Source of the DNA: Alphaproteobacteria bacterium
Lineage (GTDB): Bacteria > Pseudomonadota > Alphaproteobacteria > Puniceispirillales > Puniceispirillaceae
Assembly: GCA_016780765.1 (NCBI GenBank)
Contig: JADHLH010000001.1
Span: 3,487 to 67,486 of the forward strand
Length of the DNA stretch: 64,000 bases
Direction: 5' to 3'
The notes under the pieces are model-generated. The model ran no database searches. It was not told the origin of the DNA and was given only the letters and a program-made list of their open reading frames with translations. A program made the translations under genes and the position numbers. How positions within the stretch are numbered: the stretch's first letter is position 1; the number at the start of each line of letters is the position of its first letter. Positions 49,467-58,016 of the stretch are shown one piece after another.

Positions 49467-49778
49467 AGATGAACAGCCTCAAAATGAGAGCGTCGTGATT
49501 GAGCCCAAAGTTTAATTGAACCCGGAATTTAAATATGGAAACCATGCGGACCAGCCACATCTGGCACCCGGTCATACCTGATTCCCTGCCACACCTGATT
49601 CCCGGGCTGGAAATCTGCCAGACAGTTCCTATCCTATCACCAGCACGCTGACAATTACAGACAAGCGCCGCATCTTTGAACACGTCCTAAAATATGCACA
49701 CGGCGTTAACGCCGTTTCGCATGGACTTCGCACGACGATATGCCTACATCTTGAGCAACCGGCAAGGAGAGCGCGCGT

Positions 49779-50342
49779 ATGACGAATCCCGGTATGGCAG
49801 CGCCGGACAAGACCCGGCGGCAACCCGCCATCTTTTTTGATCGTGACGACACGCTGACTGTTGATCGGCACGGCTACACCTACCTTGTTTCCGACTTTGA
49901 ATTTGTCGCGGGTGCCGCCGCCGCCTTGGCCCTGTTTCATAACGCTGGTTTGCGGGCGTTTGTAGTGACCAATCAGGGAGGTATCGGCAAAGGGCTGTTT
50001 CAGCGCGAAGACATGCAGCGGTTCAATGACAAGCTGCTTGGCGAAACCGCTGCCAATGGTGGGCAGATCACCGATATCGCCTATTGCCCGCACCACCCTG
50101 ATGCTGTTGACCCAGACTTGCGCGCACCCTGCGCCTGCCGAAAGCCTGAACCCGGCATGCTGCTGACACTCGCTGCAAAGTGGCATATCGATCTGCCTGG
50201 ATCAGTCATGGTCGGCGACCGGGACAGCGATGTTGCTGCTGGCCGTGCTGCCGGGTGTCATGCCTATCGGTTCGATGGTGGCAGCCTTTTGTCCTTGTCG
50301 CGGCACATTCTTGCCACCCATTTTGACGGGGCCGGACTATGA
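49779..50342 (+). CDS. HAD-IIIA phosphatase, GmhB/HisB-N family
   Basis: FFDRDDTL, VTNQGG, zinc motif CPHH...CACRKP, MVGDRDSD; AAGGAG upstream. Confidence 0.88.
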   Translation: MTNPGMAAPDKTRRQPAIFFDRDDTLTVDRHGYTYLVSDFEFVAGAAAALALFHNAGLRAFVVTNQGGIGKGLFQREDMQRFNDKLLGETAANGGQITDIAYCPHHPDAVDPDLRAPCACRKPEPGMLLTLAAKWHIDLPGSVMVGDRDSDVAAGRAAGCHAYRFDGGSLLSLSRHILATHFDGAGL

Positions 50343-51601
50343 GAACAGACATTGCAATCATCGGCGGCGGCCTGACCGGTTTGATGATGGCGCGTGCGCT
50401 GACGGCAACCGGCGCAGATATTCTGTTGGTCGATCGACAATCTGCTGGCCGGTTATCAGATACTGACAGCCTGCCTGATGAGCGTACCACGACCATCAAT
50501 GCGGCCGGTATGCGCATGCTGCAGACACTTGGTGTAGAGGACAATCTGCAACAGGAAGCCACGCCCATCATGCGGATCGCTGTTGCCGAGGGCGCGGCAC
50601 TATCCGGTTTGGCCGCACGACGCCGACCCAACACTGACTTGTCGTGGCAGGCCAGCGATACCCCTATGGCCTATGTTGTCAGCAATGCCGATCTGCAGGC
50701 AGCGCTGACCACAACGCTTGCGGCGGTATCGGATGGCTTTGGCAGCATCGAAATCCTCAGTGGGACTGTGTTGACTGGTATGGCCCGCGATGCTGGCAGC
50801 ATGCGTCTGGACATCGAGGATGCCCACGGGAAGCGATCGCACCGCCTTGCTGACCTTGTTGTCGCCTGTGATGGAAACAACAGCAAGGTGGCTGAATTTG
50901 CCAACCTTGCCGCGCGACAGGAACGCCCCTTCCAGACTGCCATCGTCAGTGTTCTGCAGGCAGAACGGGACCATGAAAACACAGCCTTTCAGCGCTTCCT
51001 GCCGACCGGGCCCTTTGCGTTGATGCCAATGTCAGGACAGCATCTGTCGCTGGTATGGACCTTGCCGGATGATGATGCGCAGACGCTGCTTGCCGCCGAT
51101 GATCAGGCCTTCGAGGCCGCCTGTCTTGACGCCTTTGGACAGTCGCTTGGTTATCTTCATCTTGCCGGTCAAAGGCTGGCCTGGCCGCTACGCCCGTCAA
51201 TTCGCAAACGGATTACTGGTGCCGGTGTTGTGCTGGCAGGCGATGCGGCACATGCGCTGCATCCTGTTGCCGGGCAGGGATATAATCTGGCGCTGGCTGA
51301 TGCGGCCGTTCTGGCAGATTGTCTGGCACGGGCACGGGCCCGCGGGCTGTCATCGGGCCATCCGTCAATCTGGCAAGCCTATGAGGCCGCCCGGCGCACT
51401 GAACGTCTGGCCATGAGCGCCGCGACATCAGGCATCAACCAGCTGTTTGTCCGCAGTCCCGCCTTTGTGCGCCGTATGGCTGGCGCAGGCTTTGCCGTGC
51501 TCGACAAGTCGCCGGTCAAAACGGTCTTTTCACGGATAGCTGAAGGCGGCGAGCTTGCCGATGCCGCGCTGTTGCGCGGAAAATTTCCGGGAACATTATA
51601 G
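50339..51601 (+). CDS. UbiH/UbiF/UbiL-family FAD-dependent hydroxylase (ubiquinone biosynthesis)
   Basis: IIGGGLTG, VACDG, FLPTGPFALMP and AGDAAHALHPVAGQGYNL motifs. Confidence 0.9.
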   Translation: MRTDIAIIGGGLTGLMMARALTATGADILLVDRQSAGRLSDTDSLPDERTTTINAAGMRMLQTLGVEDNLQQEATPIMRIAVAEGAALSGLAARRRPNTDLSWQASDTPMAYVVSNADLQAALTTTLAAVSDGFGSIEILSGTVLTGMARDAGSMRLDIEDAHGKRSHRLADLVVACDGNNSKVAEFANLAARQERPFQTAIVSVLQAERDHENTAFQRFLPTGPFALMPMSGQHLSLVWTLPDDDAQTLLAADDQAFEAACLDAFGQSLGYLHLAGQRLAWPLRPSIRKRITGAGVVLAGDAAHALHPVAGQGYNLALADAAVLADCLARARARGLSSGHPSIWQAYEAARRTERLAMSAATSGINQLFVRSPAFVRRMAGAGFAVLDKSPVKTVFSRIAEGGELADAALLRGKFPGTL

Positions 51602-51627
51602 ACGGGGACATTACAGGCGGGCGGGCA

Positions 51628-52002
51628 CTATTCGCGGCTGGCACCCAAAGCTGCAAGCCTGTCGATATAGGCCGCCATCAGGCTGTCCCGGCGCGTTGCG
51701 TAATCCTGTAACAGAGACCAGCTGAAAATGCCGGTATCGTGACCATCATCAAAGCTGATCCTGATCGCATAATTGCCAACCGGATCAATCTGGGACATCG
51801 CAACATGCCGTTTTCCGGCTGGTGTTGTCTTCTGGTCCGCCCCATGCCCCTGCACTTCGGCGGAGGGGGATTCAACCCGCAGCAATTCCGCAGCAAGACT
51901 GGCAATGGTGCCATCAGCAAACGTAATCTGCAGGGTTTTTCGGTCGGCAGACAGTCTGATTTTAGACGGGGCAGGCGTGATCGACAGGTCGCTGTCAGTC
52001 AT
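51628..52002 (-). CDS. DUF971 / gamma-butyrobetaine hydroxylase-like N-terminal domain protein
   Basis: [16 protein letters not shown] and [22 protein letters not shown] motifs. Confidence 0.9.
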   Translation of the reverse strand: MTDSDLSITPAPSKIRLSADRKTLQITFADGTIASLAAELLRVESPSAEVQGHGADQKTTPAGKRHVAMSQIDPVGNYAIRISFDDGHDTGIFSWSLLQDYATRRDSLMAAYIDRLAALGASRE

Positions 52003-52237
52003 GCCAACGGGTCTCGTTCTCACTGTCTTCCAGATCGCGTGCTTCGTCAACAAGCATCACCGGCACACCGTCACGGATCGGAAACGCCTTGCCTAGCTGC
52101 CGGCTTACCAGCTCTCCCTTCACCCGGTCATAATCCAGCGGACCGTGAGTAACCGGACACACCAGCACATCAAGCAGTGCGGGATCGATGATCCTGTCCG
52201 CACCCGGCCGGGTTGTATCATCAGTGCCTTGCGTCAT
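51995..52237 (-). CDS. Trm112/YcaR family protein
   Basis: [10 protein letters not shown] and [15 protein letters not shown] motifs. Confidence 0.92.
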   Translation of the reverse strand: MTQGTDDTTRPGADRIIDPALLDVLVCPVTHGPLDYDRVKGELVSRQLGKAFPIRDGVPVMLVDEARDLEDSENETRWHD

Positions 52238-52865
52238 TGCCGCCATCATCCTCATGCAGCGCCATTTCCATCATCGCAATCAGCAGGTCGGCGCGGCGCG
52301 CCATGCCGTCTGCTTCAAGAAGCGCCTGCTTCTCGGCAACCTCGAACGGACACACCATCGCCAGCGTATTCAGAATCTGCTCATCCTCTGAACGTTCGAT
52401 TTGGTCCCAGTCAGCGTCAAACCCGCGGGCGGCAAAATAACGGCGCATGATCGTGAACATGCGGTCGCGGTCTGCGATGCCTTCAAGCGGATCCTGCAAA
52501 TCCGCTGCAAATTCATCCCAGCTGACATCAGCCAGCCGGTATCCGGGCTCGGTCTGTTCATGCCCGCCAAGCCGAAAGCGACACACGCCGTTCAGGGCAA
52601 TCATGTAACGCCCATCATCGGTTTCCTGGAAATAGCCAATCCGTCCTGCACAGCCAATACCGAACAGACTGTTCTGTTCTTCCATTGGCTGCACCATGCC
52701 GATCAGACGATCAGGATGGCCCAGCGCGTCATCGACCATAGCAAGGTAGCGCGGTTCGAAAATGTTCAATGGCAACTGCCCGCCAGGTAACAGCAGGGCA
52801 TTTGGCAACGGAAAAATAGGAATCTGTGTAGGCAGATTTATGTTGTCGTCCATTTTTTTGGTCAT
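52221..52865 (-). CDS. LON peptidase substrate-binding (N-terminal) domain protein
   Basis: [26 protein letters not shown] and EKQALLEA motifs; no ATPase or protease domain. Confidence 0.92.
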   Translation of the reverse strand: MTKKMDDNINLPTQIPIFPLPNALLLPGGQLPLNIFEPRYLAMVDDALGHPDRLIGMVQPMEEQNSLFGIGCAGRIGYFQETDDGRYMIALNGVCRFRLGGHEQTEPGYRLADVSWDEFAADLQDPLEGIADRDRMFTIMRRYFAARGFDADWDQIERSEDEQILNTLAMVCPFEVAEKQALLEADGMARRADLLIAMMEMALHEDDGGNDARH

Positions 52866-52895
52866 GGTGTCGCCTGGGTTATGAAAGGGGCGCAA

Positions 52896-53795
52896 TCAGG
52901 AAAAGAGAAGCGTCGACAGTTTGCGCCGGCTGGCAATCACATCTGGATTGGCTGCGCCAAGCGAGGCAAAAAACTCTAACAGCTGCAGTCGCGCAGCCTG
53001 TTCATTCCAGTCCTTGTCGATGCGAATGGATTCAAGAAGATGGCTCATGGCCTCGCCGTGCTCACCCACCGCAAAAAGCGCCAAAGCGAGGGATTGACGT
53101 GCATCCAGATCATGGGCATCGGCATTAACGGCAGCGCGCGCCGCATCCAGTTCACCTGCCGATCCAGCCGCTTTTTGTGCAAGCTCCAGCGCGCCAATTG
53201 CCTGCGCCATGGCCGGATCATTGCGATAGTCGTCATTCAGCTGCTCGATAATTTCGGCAGCGCCTTCCAGATCACCAGTGCCGATGAGACAGCGCACAAC
53301 ACCGGCAAGCGCGCCAACAGATGCCGGATCAATTCCCATAGCCTGCTGAAAGTGGGTCATCGCCGCGGCAAAATCAGACTCGGCCAGCGCCGCATCGCCA
53401 GCTTCGAGTACCTGTGCCAGATCAGCGCCGGCACCCCCCATGGTGGACAGCTTGTCAATGAACTGCCGGACAGCGGATTCCGGCTGAGCACCGCTGAACC
53501 CGTCAACAGGCTTGCCTTCGACAAACCCGTAAACGGTCGGTACGGACTGCACCCGCATCTGCGCCGCAATTTCGTTATTCTCATCGATATTGACGCGCAC
53601 CATACGCACTTTGCCGTTGCTGGCAGCCACCACTTTTTCAAGCACCGGACCCAGCTGCTTGCAGGGTCCGCACCAGGGTGCCCAGAATTGGACAACAGTT
53701 GGCGTTGTCGCCGAGCCATCGATGACCTCGGACATGAAGTTATTCACATCAACATCAACCGGCGTGGTGGTGGCGCCTGCAATCAATTGTTCCAT
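52896..53795 (-). CDS. cnoX: Chaperedoxin CnoX/YbbN (thioredoxin + TPR)
   Basis: WAPWCGPCK followed by a TPR-like helical region ending RRKLSTLLFS; AGGAAG upstream of ATG 53795. Confidence 0.92.
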   Translation of the reverse strand: MEQLIAGATTTPVDVDVNNFMSEVIDGSATTPTVVQFWAPWCGPCKQLGPVLEKVVAASNGKVRMVRVNIDENNEIAAQMRVQSVPTVYGFVEGKPVDGFSGAQPESAVRQFIDKLSTMGGAGADLAQVLEAGDAALAESDFAAAMTHFQQAMGIDPASVGALAGVVRCLIGTGDLEGAAEIIEQLNDDYRNDPAMAQAIGALELAQKAAGSAGELDAARAAVNADAHDLDARQSLALALFAVGEHGEAMSHLLESIRIDKDWNEQAARLQLLEFFASLGAANPDVIASRRKLSTLLFS

Positions 53796-53873
53796 GGCAC
53801 TCTCTTCCTGTTTGAAGCCGCAAATCGCCAGCTGGCTGAACAAGCCTTGGCAGCGATCAGTTATCTCGTCTGA

Positions 53874-53901
53874 ATTTAGGCATCCCCGACATCAAAACAA
53901 G
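53874..53901 (-). promoter_or_regulatory. Candidate RpoH (sigma32) promoter for cnoX
   Basis: The minus strand reads CTTG-N17-CCTAAAT, close to the alphaproteobacterial RpoH consensus CTTG-N17/18-CYTATNT. Confidence 0.5.
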
Positions 53902-53922
53902 ATGCGGCGATTATCGATGACC

Positions 53923-54441
53923 CTACAGATCAATCATCTTTGGTTGATGCCGCGTCAGCGCAAGGAAAGCCCTGATCGCAACCGGCGTCACACCGATGGT
54001 CAGATCATTCACCAGCGGATGAAAATACACCCGCTCGGCAGTCATAAGGCTGCTGTCCAGTGTCAGCTGCACCCGATGTTCGCTGTCATTGATCAGCGTG
54101 AACAGGCTGACCGCGCCGGGGCGAACCCCCAGAAATTCAAACAACCGGTCAGCACTGCCAAAGGACAGGCGGTCCGAGCCGATCACCTCGGGGAGTGACT
54201 TCATATCGATGGCCCGGTCTTCCTGAGCGATTAATAGAAAGTTGCGCTTTTTGCGATCCCGCAGATACAGGTTTTTCACATGCGTGCCGGGCATGCCGTC
54301 ACGATGACCCTTGGAATCCTCAACGGTACGCAGGGGCGGATGAATGTGACGGGTATATTCGATGCCCGCAGAATCAAGGATCGCCAGCAACGCGTCAGGC
54401 GTGGTTGGCAGAGTGTCTTTGAATTCTGATGACGCATCCAT
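53923..54441 (-). CDS. YbaK/ProX-family aminoacyl-tRNA editing protein (ProXp-ala/PrdX-like)
   Basis: HPPLRTVE, KNLYL, RLSFGS, LGVRPGAVS and FHPLVND motifs. Confidence 0.9.
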   Translation of the reverse strand: MDASSEFKDTLPTTPDALLAILDSAGIEYTRHIHPPLRTVEDSKGHRDGMPGTHVKNLYLRDRKKRNFLLIAQEDRAIDMKSLPEVIGSDRLSFGSADRLFEFLGVRPGAVSLFTLINDSEHRVQLTLDSSLMTAERVYFHPLVNDLTIGVTPVAIRAFLALTRHQPKMIDL

Positions 54442-54679
54442 GACAATTACTTTCCCAAGTTATCGGCGACTTTCCTGAATTATCGGCATGACAGCCGAAT
54501 TCTGAATTTTATAATGAATATAATGGCCGTTTTGCCAACGGTCTGACACTTGTCACACAGGCCTGTTTTGTCAAGCAAACAGGCGTCAGATGTGTAACGG
54601 AATGCAACAATTGACCGTATGAGGCCACTTGTTTAGGCCATGATACATAACCCGAAACATTTTGCGAATGCGGATGGCA

Positions 54680-55684
54680 ATGGCGCGAATAGGACTGATT
54701 GGCTGCGGCATGTGGGGCCGGAATTTGGCGCGAAACCTCAGCCAGCTTGGTGCCCTTGCATCAGTTGCAGACCGTAATGTGGAAAATGCTGCCGCGTTTG
54801 CAGATGAATTCGGCGGCAAGGCAGACAGTATAGACGCCGTTCTGGAGCAGCATGATCTGGACGGTATCATTGTCGCCACACCGGCTTTTACCCATGCCGA
54901 GATGGCTTGCAGGGCCCTTGCGGCCGGACGTCATGTATATGTCGAAAAGCCTCTTGCCATGTCGCTTGACGAGGCCAACCGTATCGCCGCTGCGTCCAGC
55001 GATGCCGGACATATGGTCATGGTGGGACATCTGATCCGCTACCATCAGGCGTTTATCACATTACAGCGCGAGATTGCATCAGGTACCATTGGCACATTGC
55101 AGCATGTGATGGCCAACCGGCTGGCGATGGGCCGTATTCGCAGGAATGAATCGGTCATTCATGATCTGTGTCCACACGACACATCACTGCTGCTGGCGCT
55201 GATGGGCGAGGAGCCAGCATCTGTTTCCTGTACGGGCGCAAGCCATGTCACGCCCGGGATTATTGATCATGTGTCTGCGATGTTTGCATTTTCTGGTTCA
55301 CGCACAGCAGCGATGAATGTCAGCTGGATTTCACCCTACAAGGAGCACAAGCTCACCGCGATTGGCAGCAGCGGGTCGATCATTTTCGATGATTCGCGCC
55401 CCTGGGCAGAGAAACTGACCCTGTTCCGTGACGACATTCAGCCGAAAGGTGACGGCTTTTCAATTTCACGCAGCGAACCTGTCTTTCTTCCGGTCGCGGA
55501 GTCCGAGCCACTGAAACAGGAAGTCGCAACCTTCATTGACTGCTGCGATACCGGCAAAGTGCCACCAACCGATCTGACTGAGGCGCTGGCCGTTCAGCGC
55601 GTGCTGGAACAGATGCATATGTCAATCAACAGCTATGGCCGTACAGACAGCGTACCTGCCGCCAAGGAGACGGTAACAGCATGA
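54680..55684 (+). CDS. Gfo/Idh/MocA NAD-dependent oxidoreductase (GnnA/WbpB-like sugar-nucleotide 3-dehydrogenase)
   Basis: IGCGMWG, ATP..TH, VEKP, VGH and DLCPHD motifs; coupled to the DegT gene by an ATGA overlap. Confidence 0.85.
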   Translation: MARIGLIGCGMWGRNLARNLSQLGALASVADRNVENAAAFADEFGGKADSIDAVLEQHDLDGIIVATPAFTHAEMACRALAAGRHVYVEKPLAMSLDEANRIAAASSDAGHMVMVGHLIRYHQAFITLQREIASGTIGTLQHVMANRLAMGRIRRNESVIHDLCPHDTSLLLALMGEEPASVSCTGASHVTPGIIDHVSAMFAFSGSRTAAMNVSWISPYKEHKLTAIGSSGSIIFDDSRPWAEKLTLFRDDIQPKGDGFSISRSEPVFLPVAESEPLKQEVATFIDCCDTGKVPPTDLTEALAVQRVLEQMHMSINSYGRTDSVPAAKETVTA

Positions 55685-56832
55685 TCCCGCTTATTGATCT
55701 GGGCGCACAGCAAGCGCGTATCCGCAACAAGATTGATGCCGGCATAAGCCGCGTTCTGGATCATGGCATGTATATCATGGGGCCAGAAATATCGGCCATC
55801 GAGGACCGTCTTGCCAAGGCCGCCGGGGCTAAACATTGCATCAGCTGTTCATCAGGAACAGATGCGCTGATTCTGGCGTTGCTGGCCAAGGGGCTGAGGC
55901 CTGGAGACGGCGTCATTGTTCCGTCTTTCACCTTTGCTGCCAGCGCCGAAGTCATGCCCGTTCTGGGTGCCATTCCGGTCTTTGCCGAGGTCGATGCCGT
56001 GACCTTCAATCTTGATCCGGCCGGCCTTCCCGCTGCCTTGTCGGCAGGGCGCGCCAGCGGAGCCAGGATCGTCGGAATTATCGGGGTCGGGCTGTTTGGA
56101 CAGCCTGCCGATTATGATGCGATCAATCCCTTTGCGGCGGCTGAAGGACTGTGGGTCATAGATGATGCCGCGCAGAGCTTTGGCGCCTCATGGAATGGTG
56201 CAAAAGTGGGTGCGCTGGCCAGCATGACATGCACCAGCTTCTTCCCTGCAAAGCCCCTTGGTTGCTACGGTGATGGCGGGGCTGTCTTCACGGACGATGA
56301 TGATGAGGCGGAGATCATGCGTTCCTGCCGAATTCACGGGATGGGCAAGACACGTTATGAATATGACCGTATCGGAATGACCGCGCGACTGGATGCCATG
56401 CAGGCCGTTATTCTTGACGCAAAGCTGGATATCTTTGAGGAAGAACTGACGATGCGCCAACAGGTGGCCAACCAGTATGCTGATCGGCTTGCACATCTTG
56501 CAGAGGTTCCGCAACTTGCCAGTCAGGCAACTTCGAGCTGGGCCCAATATACGATAAAGCTGCCCGCAGGATGTGATCGGGCCATTGTCATGAAAACCCT
56601 CGCTGACCATGACGTGCCTAGCGCCATCTACTATCCGGTTCCGATGCACCGGCAATCGCCCTATAGCAGCTATCCGGTCAGCGCTGACGGGTTGCAGATT
56701 ACCGCCACCCTGTGTGGCCAGGTTCTTGCCCTGCCGATGCACCCCTATCTGGAAGCGGCCACGCAGGATCATATTGCCGGGGCGCTGGCAACGGCCATCG
56801 CCGCCGGGTCCGCTAGCGCAGCAACGGGCTGA
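55681..56832 (+). CDS. DegT/DnrJ/EryC1/StrS aminotransferase (GnnB/WbpE-like)
   Basis: IDLGAQQ, SGTDAL, DAAQS, SFFPAKPLGCYGDGG and LPMHPYL motifs. Confidence 0.92.
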   Translation: MIPLIDLGAQQARIRNKIDAGISRVLDHGMYIMGPEISAIEDRLAKAAGAKHCISCSSGTDALILALLAKGLRPGDGVIVPSFTFAASAEVMPVLGAIPVFAEVDAVTFNLDPAGLPAALSAGRASGARIVGIIGVGLFGQPADYDAINPFAAAEGLWVIDDAAQSFGASWNGAKVGALASMTCTSFFPAKPLGCYGDGGAVFTDDDDEAEIMRSCRIHGMGKTRYEYDRIGMTARLDAMQAVILDAKLDIFEEELTMRQQVANQYADRLAHLAEVPQLASQATSSWAQYTIKLPAGCDRAIVMKTLADHDVPSAIYYPVPMHRQSPYSSYPVSADGLQITATLCGQVLALPMHPYLEAATQDHIAGALATAIAAGSASAATG

Positions 56833-56890
56833 TTGCCACGGCCGTCTGAACCACACCCACTGTCGATCTTGTTCAGCCAGGTATCTGCCC

Positions 56891-56957
56891 GGAGGTTTGT
56901 GCAGATTCGGGGGTTTGTGCAGACCCGGGTTTGTGCAGACCCGGGGTTTACGCAGAT
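56891..56957. repeat. Four 16-18 bp tandem copies of a GGTTTGTGCAGA core
   Basis: GGAGGTTTGTGCAGATTC / GGGGGTTTGTGCAGACCC / GGGTTTGTGCAGACCC / GGGGTTTACGCAGAT; the last copy includes the regulator stop codon. Confidence 0.9.
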
Positions 56958-57937
56958 ATGTGCGCGGGTGCACGCCGCCGGTCAAATTGCGGGCGCACCC
57001 CAAATTCCGCCTTATAGGCATTGGAAAAATGTCCGGCATTGGAAAACCCGGTCGCCTCGGCAATATTGCTCATATTCATCGACGAGTTATGAACAAGACG
57101 CCGACCGACAGAAAGGCGCAGGCTACGATAATAGGTCATTGCCGGAGACCCCATCGTTTCGGTGAAAAGCCGGTTCAGATGTCGCGGCGTCACCCCCGCA
57201 ACAAAGGCGACCTGACTGAGGCTGAGCGGGTCGGCAATATGACTTTCCATAAGCGACACCGCCTCATGCACGCGCGGCGAGGTGGTCCCGACACGGTCAG
57301 ACACCGCGGCGCGTTGCGGTGCTGTCTCGGCGCGAATATCGGTGTGCAGGAACCAGTCGCTGACATGCCGCGCAAACACACCGCCATGATGGCTGGTGAT
57401 CAGCGCATGCATCAGATCGAGCGGCGCTGTGCCACCGCCACACGTCACCCGGTCGCGGTCGATGACAAACAGGCGGCGCTCAACAATCACATCACGGAAA
57501 TGTTCGGTCAGCAGCGGCGCATGTTCCCAATGAACTGTCATCCGATGACCATCCATCAGCCCGGCCTTGACCAGCACCACCGGGCCGCCAGACACACCGC
57601 CGATCTGCACCCCCGTGCGCGCCATCCGGTTCAGCCATGTGAACACATGTGCATCATCAAAACTGAAGGGATCACCACCCGCCAGCACCAGCAGCAGATC
57701 AAGATCAACGGTGTCTCCGACTTCATAGGATCGTTCAACCATGGCAGCGCCCGAGCTGCTGGTTCTTGGGGCCTGACCAAAATGAACAATCTCATAGAGC
57801 GATCGCTGCGACAGCAGGTTGGCGGCACGAAGCGGTTCAACCGTGCAGGCATAGGACATCAGCGGAAATCCGGCGATGGGCAGGATCCCGACTCGAAAAG
57901 GGCCCGATATTGAGCCAATATGGTCTGTTTCTGACAT
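56948..57937 (-). CDS. GlxA-family (GATase1 + AraC) transcriptional regulator, SouR/GbdR-like
   Basis: N-terminal DJ-1-like domain (EPLRAAN, TVHWEH, TCGGG) and C-terminal AraC double HTH (IAEATGF..AGHFS.AYK..FG..P); divergent from soxB. Confidence 0.93.
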   Translation of the reverse strand: MSETDHIGSISGPFRVGILPIAGFPLMSYACTVEPLRAANLLSQRSLYEIVHFGQAPRTSSSGAAMVERSYEVGDTVDLDLLLVLAGGDPFSFDDAHVFTWLNRMARTGVQIGGVSGGPVVLVKAGLMDGHRMTVHWEHAPLLTEHFRDVIVERRLFVIDRDRVTCGGGTAPLDLMHALITSHHGGVFARHVSDWFLHTDIRAETAPQRAAVSDRVGTTSPRVHEAVSLMESHIADPLSLSQVAFVAGVTPRHLNRLFTETMGSPAMTYYRSLRLSVGRRLVHNSSMNMSNIAEATGFSNAGHFSNAYKAEFGVRPQFDRRRAPAHISA

Positions 57938-57957
57938 GATGCTGTCTTTTTTCTGCA
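57922..57957 (+). promoter_or_regulatory. Candidate AraC-type tandem half-sites upstream of soxB
   Basis: GGTCTGTTTCTGACA and TGTCTTTTTTCTGCA at exactly 21-bp spacing, followed by a TATACA -10-like hexamer at 57973. Confidence 0.35.
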
Positions 57958-58016
57958 TATCAGATGGAATTCTATACAGACTAAACTCAACAAAGACCCA
58001 CACAAAAAGGAATTCG

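Noticed and set aside
56891-56957. Possible mini-CRISPR array
   Set aside because: Units are contiguous 16-18 bp with no unique spacers, and no cas genes are present.
56609-57913. 434-aa plus-strand ORF
   Set aside because: Antisense shadow of the GlxA regulator plus the repeat; no recognisable motifs.
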